Source of the DNA: Octopus bimaculoides
Taxonomy: Eukaryota
DNA: 64,000 nucleotides
Assembly (NCBI RefSeq): GCF_001194135.2
Contig: NC_068988.1
Location: 77,319,926-77,383,925 of the forward strand
Direction: 5' to 3'
The position numbers and the translations under genes are program-made. A model generated the notes under the pieces. That model did no database searches, was not told the DNA's origin, and saw only the letters and a program-made list of their open reading frames with translations. Positions 24,949-38,007 of the stretch are shown in pieces (the first letter of the stretch is position 1; every line of letters begins with the position of its first letter).

Positions 24949-25736
24949 ATATATNNNNNNNNNNNNNNNNNNNNNNNNNNNNNNNNNNNNNNNNNNNNNN
25001 NNNNNNNNNNNNNNNNNNNNNNNNNNNNNNNNNNNNNNNNNNNNNNNNNNNNNNNNNNNNNNNNNNNNNNNNNNNNNNNNNNNNNNNNNNNNNNNNNNNN
25101 NNNNNNNNNNNNNNNNNNNNNNNNNNNNNNNNNNNNNNNNNNNNNNNNNNNNNNNNNNNNNNNNNNNNNNNNNNNNNNNNNNNNNNNNNNNNNNNNNNNN
25201 NNNNNNNNNNNNNNNNNNNNNNNNNNNNNNNNNNNNNNNNNNNNNNNNNNNNNNNNNNNNNNNNNNNNNNNNNNNNNNNNNNNNNNNNNNNNNNNNNNNN
25301 NNNNNNNNNNNNNNNNNNNNNNNNNNNNNNNNNNNNNNNNNNNNNNNNNNNNNNNNNNNNNNNNNNNNNNNNNNNNNNNNNNNNNNNNNNNNNNNNNNNN
25401 NNNNNNNNNNNNNNNNNNNNNNNNNNNNNNNNNNNNNNNNNNNNNNNNNNNNNNNNNNNNNNNNNNNNNNNNNNNNNNNNNNNNNNNNNNNNNNNNNNNN
25501 NNNNNNNNNNNNNNNNNNNNNNNNNNNNNNNNNNNNNNNNNNNNNNNNNNNNNNNNNNNNNNNNNNNNNNNNNNNNNNNNNNNNNNNNNNNNNNNNNNNN
25601 NNNNNNNNNNNNNNNNNNNNNNNNNNNNNNNNNNNNNNNNNNNNNNNNNNNNNNNNNNNNNNNNNNNNNNNNNNNNNNNNNNNNNNNNNNNNNNNNNNNN
25701 NNNNNNNNNNNNNNNNNNNNNNNNNNNNNNNNNNNN

Positions 25737-26417
25737 TGTTAAATACTGTAAAACGTGCCACACCTGCCAGACAATTGGAAAACCTAACCAAATCATTCCA
25801 AAGGTTCTATTACAACCAATTCCAGCCTTTGGAGAGCCATTCTCGCGCGTCATCATTGACTGTATCGGACTAAAATCAATATCTGATTACCATCATGTGT
25901 GCCTGTACCCAATTCCCAGAAGCTATCCCACTGAGGGACATTACGGCCAAGAACATTTTAAAGTCGCTCGTCAAGTTTTTCACCACTTTTGGACATCCGA
26001 AAGTGTTACAGTCGGACCAAGGTTCCAACTTCATGTCCAAAGTTTTTCAGCACGTTCTGTACGAATTAAACATCCATCAGGTCGAAATCAGCGCTTACCA
26101 TCCTAAGTCACAAGGTGCCTTAGAACGTTTCAACCTGACATTAAAAAACAAGGATTGGGATGAAGGATTTCCATTACTGTTGTTTGCAGCCCGAGAAGTC
26201 GTACAAGAATCCCTTGGATTTAGTTCTTTTGAACTCGTCTACGGTCATACTGTTCACGGTCCTCTGAAGCTCGTGAAGGAGAAGTGGTTAGGAGGCGACA
26301 GTGTTACCATTAGCCTACTAGATTATGTGACAGACTTCAAGACCAGACTACACGGTGCATTGGAGATGGCCAGGCAAAACCCTCAAGTTATCTCAAGACG
26401 ACATGAAAACCTGGTGT
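25737..26417 (+). pseudogene. Integrase fragment of the Gmr1-like element (inverted segment)
   Basis: CKTCHTCQ, PFSRVIIDCIG, FPEAIPLR, LQSDQGSNF, YHPKSQGALERFN and GFSSFELVYG (DDE integrase core). Confidence 0.9.
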
Positions 26418-28025
26418 GACAAAAACTTTGGACATGAAGTTGGAACCTTGGTCCGACTGTAACACTTTCGGATGTCCAAAAGTGGTGAAAAACTTGACGA
26501 GCGACTTTAAAATGTTCTTGGCCGTAATGTCCCTCAGTGGGATAGCTTCTGGGAATTGGGTACAGGCACACATGATGGTAATCAGATATTGATTTTAGTC
26601 CGATATAGTCAATGATGACGCGCGAGAATGGCTCTCCAAAGGCTGGAATTCGTTGTAATGGAACCTTTGGAATGATTTGGTTAGGTTTTCCAATTGTCTG
26701 GCAGGTGTGGCACGTTTTACAGTATTTAACAATGCCTCGACACATCTTTGGCCAATAGAAATGACGTCTGACACGGTCTAAGGTCTTGTTGGTGCCCAGA
26801 TGTCCAGATAACTTGTGATCGTGGGCCAAGCTCAGTATGACCGACTGGTAACGTCTTGGGACGACAATTTGATGAATAGTGCTCCACTGGCTGTCAGCTG
26901 TGACGTCAAGAGGTCTCCATTTTCTCATCAGAATATCAAATTTCTTATAAAAGCAGACTGGGACATTTCCAGCTTAGTCTTCGTTTAAGGCACTGTGCGA
27001 TAATTGAAGTTTCTCAGGATCTTCTTGCTCCTTAATAAGCGTGTTCCGATCAAGAGATGTAGAAAATGACTGGTGGTCATTTGTAGAACTGTTACGAGTG
27101 TTGAAAATCTCGTTATGAGATACAAACGTATCAGACAAATCAATGCAATCATCCTCTGTGGGAAAACGACGACTTTGTGAACGGGTAATAGCACAGGCGG
27201 GAAAAATGTCTGGAAACTCTTCTGCAAGTTGCTCTGTACTGGGATCCTCTATGGGCATATCGGTGACACGAAGCTCTGGAATCACCTTACTTCCATGCCT
27301 AGCAACATGGAAACTCCTTCAGCGAGTATAAATTGTCAAAAACCAACAACTACTGAGCCCGTAACCAGTTCCGACTGTACATGTATTTGGTGAAGAGGGA
27401 ACGGCGGTTACTCCACATTCTAGACCCAAAATAAGCACTCTGGCTCCAATTGAATTCTTCTCAGAAAACGGAAGGACGTCTTCCGAGATTAGACTCTGAG
27501 AAGTTCCGGTAGCCCGCAGGATTTTAATGGGCTTCAAATGGGTATCACCAACCAAAGAAACCAATCCATCTGTGACGAATTGCTTGCAGTAATCTTCAAT
27601 AGCATCATCAGATGTGTCAAAAGTACCAGTTTTAGGCACAACAGCGGGCTGGTCAGGGTCAAGAATCTCAGCTTCTGAGGTAGATGAGACGAAGGCATTA
27701 GACGTCGAAGGGTTGTTCTTGTTTTTCAATTTGTAACAATCCGAGATCAGGTGTCCAGGTTTCTTACAATACGAACACTGTTGGATAAAATATTAGGCGT
27801 CGTGGTGTCAGAATTAGATATTTCCTTTTTGTCGGTGTCTTCTTTTCCTTTAGACGTTACTTGATCACTCTTCTTTGGATGACTTTTCTGTGGCTGGAAT
27901 CTTGATGGCATTTTTTTGTGGGTGAAGTAATACTCATTGGCCAGACTAGCAGCATTATGTAACTCAGTAGCTTTTTGTTCATCAATATAAGTTTTTAGCT
28001 CAACAGGTACACGACTCTTCAATTA
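26418..28025 (-). mobile_element. Gmr1-like LTR retrotransposon fragment: gag CCHC - protease - integrase N-terminus
   Basis: CSYCKKPGHLISDC, ILRATGTSQS (D>A in DTG), FPACAITRSQS, LMRKWRP, QIVVP and LAHDHKLSGHLG..CKTCHTC. No RT lies between PR and INT. Confidence 0.8.
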
Positions 28026-28039
28026 ATAATATTTGTCTA

Positions 28040-28866
28040 TGTTTGTCAGAGGACACCGATGAACAAGCTGGAGGACTTGGACTACGCAAATGATCTCGCG
28101 CTACTGTCACATTGCCTGCAAGACATGTAAGATAAGGTAGACCACCTGAAAGAAACTTCACGGCCAGTGGGCTTGAGGATCAGCCAGGAAAAGACAAAAG
28201 TGATGCGTATCAACAACAAGTAGGAAGAGTCAATCACAATCGAGGGGGCACCTGTGGAGGAACGTTAGTGAGTTTGTCTCTCTTGGCAGCAAGATCAGCA
28301 AATCAGGTGGATCATACGAGGACATCACTGCAAGAAACAAGAAGGCTTGGCAAGCCTTCGCTATTCTCTGGTCGGTATGGAAGTCCACTGCCATCTCAGC
28401 TCAAACTAAACTCCGCTTATGTAGTTCAAACGTAAAATCTATGCTTTTGTATGGCTCTGAAACATGGAGAGCCACCTGCAGCCACTACAAGAAGATCCAG
28501 ACCTTCATAAACAAATGTCTCCGGCAGATCCTCCATCTGAAGTGGTTCGACAGAGTGCCAGACACCGACCTGTGGGAAAGAGCCAACCAGGAGCCCATAC
28601 ATGTTCAGATTAGACGAAGGAAATGGAGATGGATCGGAGCACATTGCGGAAAGAAGCCTCAAATGTGACACGACAAGCACTTGACTGGAACCTGCAGGGG
28701 AAAAGGAAGCGAGGACGCCCGAAGCAGACATGGAAGCAGAGCATTTTGGACGAGCTCAGGACCACCGGCCTGACATAGGAAGCAGCCAAGAAACACGCCA
28801 ATGACCGCAAAAAGCGGAAAATAACTGTTGAGGCCGTATGCTCCACAAGGGGAAAAAAGAATTAAG
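28040..28866 (+). mobile_element. RTE-clade LINE 3' fragment (third RTE family)
   Basis: LEDLDYANDLALLSH, LLYGSETW, KCLRQILHLKW, IRRRKWRWIG and ALDWNLQGKRKRGRPKQTW. It abuts and truncates the Gmr1-like gag. Confidence 0.85.
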
Positions 28867-29586
28867 AGAGTTGTTTGTCCTAATCACCATTAAGATTATT
28901 TGATGAACACCACCTGTCAAACATTATTTCCTTTTCACTGGCAAATTCAAACATAAGTTTGATTGTCAAGCTTCTTGTAGTTACGAAATTGTCTGCCTCT
29001 AACCTTCAGGGACTAATTCATATGCGTTCAGAATGGTTTGATTTACATACTTGTAATCATAAATTGAAAATAATATAAAATAAATTACAATGAATTACGT
29101 AAAATGCCTTCATGCATAGCTGGGACATAGGGAAATATATATATAAAGACAGCATAGCCAGAACAAATTTAAACAGGTGCATATCTGAAAATGTAATCAG
29201 TGGTAACGATAATTTATTTGTGTATTTAAGCAGTGAATCAGGAATCAGCTCAATACGCTTCTAACTTGGCACATTTTAGTACTAAATAATACGAAATTCA
29301 TCTTATGATTTTAATTTTATAAATTAATTATCTAAAGATTTCTGAATCGAAACAGGTGTCAGAGATGTTGTCATATTTTATAATTAATGAGTAATTTTAT
29401 TAATTACCTCTCCATTTTCTCCTTGTTCTTTAAATATATAATTGAATGAACCACGGTTTAAATGGTTACCTTATATTTGAACTTTCTATAGATTGGCAAC
29501 TAACCTGTATTTTCATTGGATTTATGATCTCTTAATGAGGTTTATTACCTTTACTTGATTATATATATACTTTCGTATGTATGTGC

Positions 29587-29624
<38 letters not shown>

Positions 29625-30141
29625 TCACATGCATATATATATATATATACACACACACGCGCATATACATATTCCTCACATCTATATACATAGACACACA
29701 CAAATATATGTACGTGCTTGTGTGTTTGTGTGTGTGTGTATGTGTGTGTGTAAAGAAACTGCAGAGTATTACTTTAAAAGTTTCGAGTACGATTTTTTTG
29801 GATTTTGAAACGTTTTTTTTATTCTTTCAGCAAATTATTACTTACATTATGAATGTATTCACAGAATGTCTACAGTTCTTCAGTTTATCTATAGTCTTTT
29901 AAAATCTTCTCAAAGATTATGTAAAACAGAAAAATACACTAAAAAAGATCCACAAAAATAAAAGAAAGAAAACCTTAAATTCCATTCGTTTTCATTGTTT
30001 TGCTTTTTTAAAGTGTAAACTGTTAGCAGTGTGTCTGATGTTGATCTCTGATTTGAGAAATTGCTTTTGTTAATAGTCACAATTCTATTTGTATGAAATG
30101 TGTTTTATATATTACATATTAGTTTGTTGTTGTTTATTCAG

Positions 30142-30193
30142 GCCATTAATCTGTGTTTTCTACAAGGAGGATACTAAAGACACAAAAGATAAG
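30142..30193 (+). other. Candidate 52-nt exon
   Basis: TTGTTTATTCAG acceptor and strong AAG/GTGAGT donor; one open frame (PLICVFYKEDTKDTKDK). Could be a UTR or lncRNA exon. Confidence 0.3.
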
Positions 30194-30679
30194 GTGAGTA
30201 ATCCTAAATATCTTTAATACTTAAATTGTTGTTAAACATTTTAAAACAAACAAAATAATCAAAATACGTAATCTTTTTTTTTTAATTTCAAAATAACCAT
30301 TAAATTAAACTGCCAACTTATTCCAGATTGACATTTTGTGTTTTCCTTTTTTTTAAAAATCAGACTAATCATTTAGTTGTGAAAGAACATTGACACATCT
30401 GCTGTTGAAACATTCGAGTCAGTGACATCATTACATAGTGAGGACAGTAAAATCTAATTAATTAATTCTACTTATTTAATGTAGAGAAAAAAATATTAGC
30501 TTAGTGACAGAAATATTAATTTTAATCTTGCCAAGTAAGGGCAACAACTTTTGATGTGTTTCTACTTTAACAGTCTTTGCATTTACTTGATTAGCAATAA
30601 GATAATTAACATATTGATTGTTGAAATAACACCGACGGAAATATTTACTGATGTGTCATAAGCACCATAGGAAAGATTT

Positions 30680-31560
30680 ACCTCCAAGTAAGTAAATTCA
30701 AAACAAGATGAGTAAATTTTAAATCAGATGGGAAAATTAAAAACTGAATAAATCTGAAATCAAGTGAGCAAATTTTAAACTAGTAAAGTTAACTGGAAAT
30801 TAGATAAGTAAATTTAAAACCAGAATGGTAAATAATTTAAACCAAGGTGAGTAAAATTAAAATCAGATGAATAAATATAAAACAAGATGATTAAATATAA
30901 AGCCATATGAACGAATTTAAAAGAAGATTAATTTTAAATCAAGCCAAAAATATTCAAAACAAGATAAGCAATTTTGCAGTAAACTTAATAAATTTAAAAC
31001 ACGATGAATAAATTTAAAACTGGAAGAGTAAATTCAAAACAGGATAAGTAATGAATTGCTGATCTTCATGTTTCTTCTAAAATTTTACCATAAAACCAGA
31101 TGAATAATTTAAGCTCAGATGATTAAAATGGAGGTTAGCTCCCATATGAACGCAACTTAAAAGTTGGCTCCAGATGAGTAGAACCATTACTTAGTTAGTT
31201 TTAAAGAAAGACATTAGTTAGCTTCAAACAGCAGACAAGTAGAATCATAAATCAGAAGTAAACTGCAGATGAGTAGAACCTTAGATAGAGCTTAACTCCA
31301 GATAAGTGGAACCATAACATAGAGGCTCACTTCTGATGAGCCTCCTATGTAGAACCATAATTCAGAGGTAAACAAGTAGAATCAGTATTGGTTATCTCTT
31401 ACATGTTGAACCAATGACTAAAGGTTTAATCCAGAAAAGTAGAATTAAAACACAGTTATTAGTGCCACACATGTAGGACTATAAGGCAGAGGTTAGTTTC
31501 TCATGAGAAAGACCATAAAACAAAAGTTAGCTCAAGTGAATAAAACTAAGACAGTTTGCA
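30680..31560. repeat. Degenerate tandem arrays (about 20-bp unit, then about 35-bp unit)
   Basis: Recurring AAATT(T)AAAAC(A/C)AGATGA(G/A)T, grading into AGATGAGTAGAACCATAA..AGAGGTTAG. Confidence 0.6.
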
Positions 31561-32289
31561 GAAAACAAAGAAGCCAAGTCAATAACAAATCCTGTATGCG
31601 ATTGCTTGCCACTCAAGACATATCAACCAAATGTCCCCCCAAAAAAGGGACATTTAGTTGAAGGAAACATTGGTTAATGCAGATACATTGACATTAGGTC
31701 TGAAATTAGATTGGTTGTTCATGGTTGGAATGTTTTGACCACTTATTTGTTCAATCAGAAATTACTGCAGGGAAATAATAATCACAGCTAAGTGAAATTC
31801 ACTCCCTCTGTGTTACAAATATATTTCACAGTAGTGGTAGGAAGTAATGAACTGTACAGCCTTCTGGTCTTTTGAATTCTAAGTTGTTGAACTAAAATAA
31901 AATAAAATCAATTTTAGAGTGAAAATTGATATCACCTGACAAAAACACTTTAATCGATATATTCATTAATCTTTGATAAAAACATGATGGACTTGGTTGC
32001 ATGGTATTTTACAATGAAGAATATTCCTGGAGGTGTGATTAACTATCTTGCTATTAAAGGATGAGACATGGGAAATGGGGTATGACATCTTCCTGATTCT
32101 CGAAAAGATATTAAACTCACAGAGTACTCAAACTGTATTTTATATCAATCAATATGAACTCTCTAAACACCAATTAAATTTCTGATATTTAACTTGCAAT
32201 TTTAGAGCAATCAATTTTACTTGTTCTAGCCAATAAAATGTGGCTATGGTGAAGCAATGCTGGAGAGAAACAAAACAGGAACTGAATTT

Positions 32290-32475
32290 CATTTCCTTTC
32301 AGTTCTTTCAAAATCCAAGGTAACTGTAATAACCTCTATCTTGGAAGATGTGAAAACATTTGTGAAGAAAGCTAATGGGTTTCACACCTGATTTATTGCA
32401 AACACCAAGGTGGATATTTCTTACTGCAATGCAATGGTGCAACATGTCTTAAGAAGGACTGATTCTCAAACAACA
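32290..32475 (+). pseudogene. Possible Tigger/pogo transposase C-terminal remnant
   Basis: One frame reads ..VKTFVKKANGFHT*..NAMVQHVLRRTDSQTTLDYFF, resembling the recalled Tigger C-terminal QTxLDxFF motif. Weak. Confidence 0.3.
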
Positions 32476-33050
32476 CTTGATTATTTTTTCCAATGCAACT
32501 ATATAAACATACTCACTCACATATACAGGAATATAGCTATGTACATGCAGAAACATACCCACAAATGAATGTATAAGAGAAAGTGAGCTAAGTTGAAAGA
32601 ATATCCTTTTTATCAGAAATAAATCACCGAGTGGAAACTGTGTAATCATCTTGCCACAGGCTCATCTACAAATTTTAACCATATTGTTATCAAGTTAGTA
32701 CAGTAACTTTTCAAGTGTACAGAAAAGTTTCTCTCTTTTTCATCTATGATAAAGTAAACTGATCACTTGTTAGTAATATTCAGTTTCTTTAGTTAATAGT
32801 GTAGTTAGGAATGGATGTTTTTGTGTGTTGATTGTTTAGTAGAAAGTAATCAGAGGCAGTAAATAATGTACCTGTTGTGTATCCTGCTTATCTTGAAGTA
32901 ATTACTATGTGTCAATAGTTGGATCATGATGGAGGCAGGGATAATCAAACATTATAAATTACCTATTCTTGTGGAGTGGGGGATTCTTGTAAAGTGTAGT
33001 TTTGTTGCCAACCAGTGTTTCTCTATTTAGTGTTGAGTTATGTTGGGCAG

Positions 33051-36000
33051 AGTTATGTGGTAGTGGGTGGCGATTTTCTTCACTACTTCAGAGACTGACG
33101 ACCCTGCCTGACATGAGTCCTGGGCTCAACTGGCTCCGGCTGACAGTACCCAGTATGGGCCCCTATCCAAGATTACGGAAAGGAGACAACCTTCAAAGAA
33201 GAAATCTGGAGTGGAGCCCCGAAGGTGGTTTAGTGTTCAACTCAACACTCTTCCGGCAGCTCCTGCAAGCAAGCTGGTGCCAAACATAATGCTCTGCACT
33301 CCATTGGACTACATCAGCAAGGTCGAGAGAGGAATCCTGACAGTTGGGCTTCCCAGGATTTTCTTATATTTAGCCCAGGCTGGCGCAAAACTGGAGAGGA
33401 CACTTCAGTGCTGCTGTAAAAAGTGGCAGAAAAAACACGGGAAGTATCAGTCACAAGTGATAAGTTCATTCTGACTAGGAGTAGGATGTGGGTGCTACAG
33501 GTTACTTCTGATGGTGGGAGGGACCCTCGTGTCCTATTGGTTAGCTACTGCACACCTCAAGCTGGGAAGCCCCCGGTTAATAAGGTGCTGACCCGCCACA
33601 GGCTGCCTGCTTCATTGGGCGCTTGGAGCTAAGAGTTTGACTTGAAAAACGGTCTGAAACCTCTGCACTAAGCATAGATGATCAAAAGACAAGAAACTGC
33701 CAGTCCTGTAGTTAGCAAGCTGGAATGTCTCGACCATGTGCCTTGGTATATCTGATGACCTACTCAGGGTTGAAGAAAAAAGAAAGATGGCTATCACTGA
33801 CTGCGAACTAAAGAAGCTCAACATAGACATTGCTGGACTGCAAGAGACAAGACTCCCTTCAAACGGCAAACTCAAAGAACAAGATTTCACCTTCTTCTAG
33901 CAGGGAAGAGATCCAGAGGAACATCATCAGCATGGTGTTGGCTTTGCAGTGAGAAACTCATCACTCTCTTCAATAGAACCACCATCAGGAGGTGCTGGGC
34001 GTATCCTCTCTCTGCGCTTCTTGAGCTCTTCTGGCTCAGTACATTTACTGATCATCTATGCTCCCACTCTCTACAGCTCAGAGGAAACCAAGGACCAGTT
34101 CTACAAAGATCTCAACTGTGTCATTAGAAACATACCAACCAACGAAAACATCTACCTTCTAGGAGATTTTAACGCTTGTGTGGGATCTGACCATGATTCG
34201 TAGCCCATTTGTGTTGGACATTTTGGTATTGGCAATATGAATGACAATTGTCAGAGATTGCTTGAATTTTGTACATACCATAACCTGTGCATCACCAACA
34301 CATTCTTTGCCAACAAGCCATCCCGCAGGGCATCTTGGAGACATCCAAGATCTCACCACTGGCATCAGTTGGATCTCATCATCACACGAAGATCCTTTCT
34401 GAATTCTGTCCAACTGACCTGTAGTTACCACAGCATGGATTGTGACACAGATCATTCACTAATAAGCAGCAGGGTGAGGATTCTGCCTAAAAATGTCCAT
34501 CACTCCAAGAAAATGGGCCGACCACACATTAACACTGCCAGAACCTCAGACCCTACACTGCAGAAATGTTTTGCTGTTTGTATCAAGTTTGCCCTCAGTA
34601 GCTGCCCATCCTCCTCTGCTGAAAGTAGGTGGAATTATATTAGGGAAGCTTCATATACCACATCAATAGATACTTTCGGCATGAGTGAAAGGCAAAACCC
34701 AGATTGGTTCAGTGCTGTGCTCTCAGAGCTGGAACCAGTTATCGAAGCAAAGCGCACTACTCTGATGCAATGCAAGAGTGATTCTTCTACAAAGTCACAC
34801 CAAGAACTCAGAAAGGCAAGAAATAATACCCAACTGACTGCCAGACGCTGTGCAAATAGGTATTGGCAGGAAGTTTGTCAGAGTATCCAGTCAGCTGCTG
34901 ACAGTGGCGACATCCGTGCGATGTATGCCGGTTTGAAGAAGGCCCTCGGTCCATCCTCAACCAAGCCAGCCCCTCTGAAATCAACTACTGGAGATCTCAT
35001 CAAGGACCAAAGCAAGCAAATTGATAGATGGGTGGAGTACTACCAGGATCTCTACTCACGGGAGACCACAGTCGCTGAGGCTGCAATCAAGGGTGTCAAG
35101 ATCTTGCCGGCCATGTGAGCTTGACAATCTGCCGTCTATAGCAGAGCTCACCAAGGCTATTGACTCCCTAGCCAGTGGCAAGTGTCCGGGAAAAGACAGC
35201 ATCCCCTCAAAGATCATCAAGGCCAGCAAAAGCACCGCTCTGCTTCGATACCTTCATGAGCTTCTGTGTCAGTGTTGCGAAGAGGGTACAGTCCCTTAGG
35301 ATATGCAGGATGCTAACATCATTACGCTTTACAAAAACAAAGGTGACCATGGTGATTGTAACAATTACCGTGGAATATCTCTTCTCAGCACTGTTGGAAA
35401 GACCTTTGCTCCCTTTATCCTGTCCAGGTTACAACTGCTTGCTTCTCGAATTTATCCAGAATCGCAGTGTGGCTTTAGAAGAAGCAGATCAACTATTGAC
35501 ATGATATTTTCCATACACCAACTTCAGGAGAAGTCCAGAGAGCAGAAAATGCCATTATATATGGCCTTCATTGATCTGACAAAGGCCTTTTACTTGATAA
35601 GTAGAAAAGGCCTCTTCATCCTGCTTCAAAAATCGGATGTCCACCAAAGCTGCTAAGGATCATCAAATCTTTCCATGATGATATGCAAGGCACCATACAG
35701 CACAATGGTTCAACATTAACCACCTTCCAAATAAAAAACGGGGTAAAACAAGGTTATGCCCTTGCTCCTATATTATTTGGCATCTTCTTCTTGCTGCTGC
35801 TGTCACATGCCTTCGAGACATCAGATACACAGTAGACGTGACAGAAACTGTTCAATCTCTCGTGTCTGCTTGCCAAGACCAAAATCAGAAGCGTCCTGAT
35901 CAAGGAGATGCTCTTTGCTGATGATGTCGCTCTGGTATCACACATAGAAGAGGCCCTGCAAAGGCTTACCAACTGCTTTGAGCAAGCATGTAGCGACTTT

Positions 36001-36911
36001 GGCTTAGTTATCAGCCTCAAGAAGACCAACATCATGGGTCAGGTTCATCGGATATCCCAAACATACATTTTGGAGACCACAGACTACAGGAGGGGGAGAG
36101 GTTTACCTATCTTGGCTCTACCATCACCTTCAACCTATCCCTTGATGTTGAGCTCAATGTATGCATTGGCAAGGCAGCTGCTGTGATGGCCCAACTCTCC
36201 AAACAGGCATGGGACAACAATAAGCTGACCAAGACCACAAAAATGAAGATTTACCAGGCATGTGTACTTAGCACTCTACTGTATAGCAGTGAAACCTGGA
36301 CGCCATACACACGCCAAGATCATCGCCTAAATATCTTTCACCTGCACTGCCTCCGGAAAATCCTTGGCATCAAATGGTAGAATCGTGTCCCTAACAAAAA
36401 TGTCCTCAAACAAGCAGGAATACCAAGCATGTTTACACTCCTCACACAAAGACGTATGAGATGGCTTGGACATGTTAGTTGTATGGAAGATGGCAGAATC
36501 CTTAAGGACATACTCTACGGAGAGCTTGTTAGAGGCACTAGGTCTGTGGGAAGACTGTTCTTACAAAACAAGGATGTTTGCAAAAGGGACATGAAGGCCT
36601 GCAACATCAATATTAGCAACTGGAAAGTGGTTGCCAGCAACTGTGGTGATTGGTCACGCACCATAGAAGAGGGAACACAAAGGAGTGACAGAGGGAGAGA
36701 GGAGAAATGGAAAGACAAGAAAAGACGTCAACAAGAAGCCATGACATCACAACCAGCCAGGCAAAGTCTTCGCTACATTTGCGGCACCTGTCAGGGTAGG
36801 ACTACACAGCCACAGCAGGAGATGTAAAGGACATGAAATGTAAAAAGCAGATTAGATTATTTTATGCGCAACTCCATTGTCTCCCGAGACAAAAAGGATG
36901 CCAACAACAAC
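33051..36911 (+). mobile_element. Full-length RTE-clade (BovB-like) LINE, 3.86 kb, with 11-bp TSD
   Basis: APE domain (SWNVSTM, IAGLQETR, LLGDFNA, HWHQLDLI), RT (NYRGISLLS, QCGFR, FIDLTKAF, LFADDVAL) and a (CAA)n tail. ATGTTGGGCAG at 33040-33050 and 36912-36922. Several stops and frameshifts. Confidence 0.93.
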
Positions 36912-37263
36912 ATGTTGGGCAGCACATAATTGCTCCTTTTAAAATGTTTTGTGAATCATTAGGACAGAATCATCCTTGTATGATTTATATAACATTAGGA
37001 ATCAAGAAGTATATAACTTTCATATTTACAATCAAATTTATAAATTGCATTAGTCATTAGTAGCTTATTCATTTTGAATCCACTTTTCAATTTAAGGATT
37101 TCTTTGATTTTTAAAAAAATAGGATGAATCTATATTGAATTCATTTGTTTTGTGTATTTTGTTCATTGCATACCTAAGATCGTTATTGGAAACTACCAAT
37201 GAAACAGATCCATGTTTTTAATTTATATTAGTTTTGATTGCATCGTCATTTCTCTCCCATTTT

Positions 37264-37318
37264 TAACAAAACTGTCCGATGAACGGGAACGTGAAACTCT
37301 GAGTAACAGCTTTTGTTA
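37264..37318 (+). ncRNA. Minimal type I hammerhead ribozyme fold (U4C variant)
   Basis: UAACAAAA-CUGU-CCGAUGA-ACG GGAA CGU-GAAAC-UCUGA-GUA/ACAG-C-UUUUGUUA. Stem I is 12 bp with a 1-nt bulge. Confidence 0.7.
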
Positions 37319-38007
37319 TATTTCTGCTGCTTTTAAATAAAGTATATATATATACACACACACACATATATATATATATACATATGCATGTATACATAAG
37401 AATATATATATATATATATATATATATCATCATCCACACACACTTAGAGTATATCAAATTCAGTTGCATAACAGTTTCCTGTTGAAAAACGTTCCAAATA
37501 TGGAAAGTTAAAACAAAAACATTAGATAAGGTGTCATAATGAAAGAATATAGCTTGAGCTCTTTATTACTGGAAACTTGAAACAACCACGCAGGTCTCGG
37601 AGTTGTAAAGCAAAAAGAAAATGAAACTCATGAATGAAAAAAGTCAAAAACAAAAAGCTTCAGAGTTATATCTCTTTGAGTAGTCCCCTTCTAACTATTA
37701 TCCGGCTTTGTATTTATGATTGTGGAATGAAGATAGGATAAAGGTGAGGAAGAGACGGAGAGGGAGGACAGAGTAAAAGACAGAGATAGAGAGAAAGGTT
37801 GGTAAGGGTACTTTTTAGAGAATGTATGGTCATAAATATGTATAGGTGTTTGTAAGAGCTTGGTCTTAAGAAAAGATTTTATGTATGGTGAGAGGGATAC
37901 TAATGTGGGAAGAACCATCTCTAACACTTAAGGGAGAACCAACTAGTTAGCTAAGAAATATTTCTGATAGTGAGATAAAACAGAAAAAAAAAATTTGCTT
38001 TTAGAGT

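Noticed and set aside
29330-29370. GAAAC-AGGU-GUC preceded by a short hairpin
   Set aside because: No CUGANGA box or stem I; likely chance.
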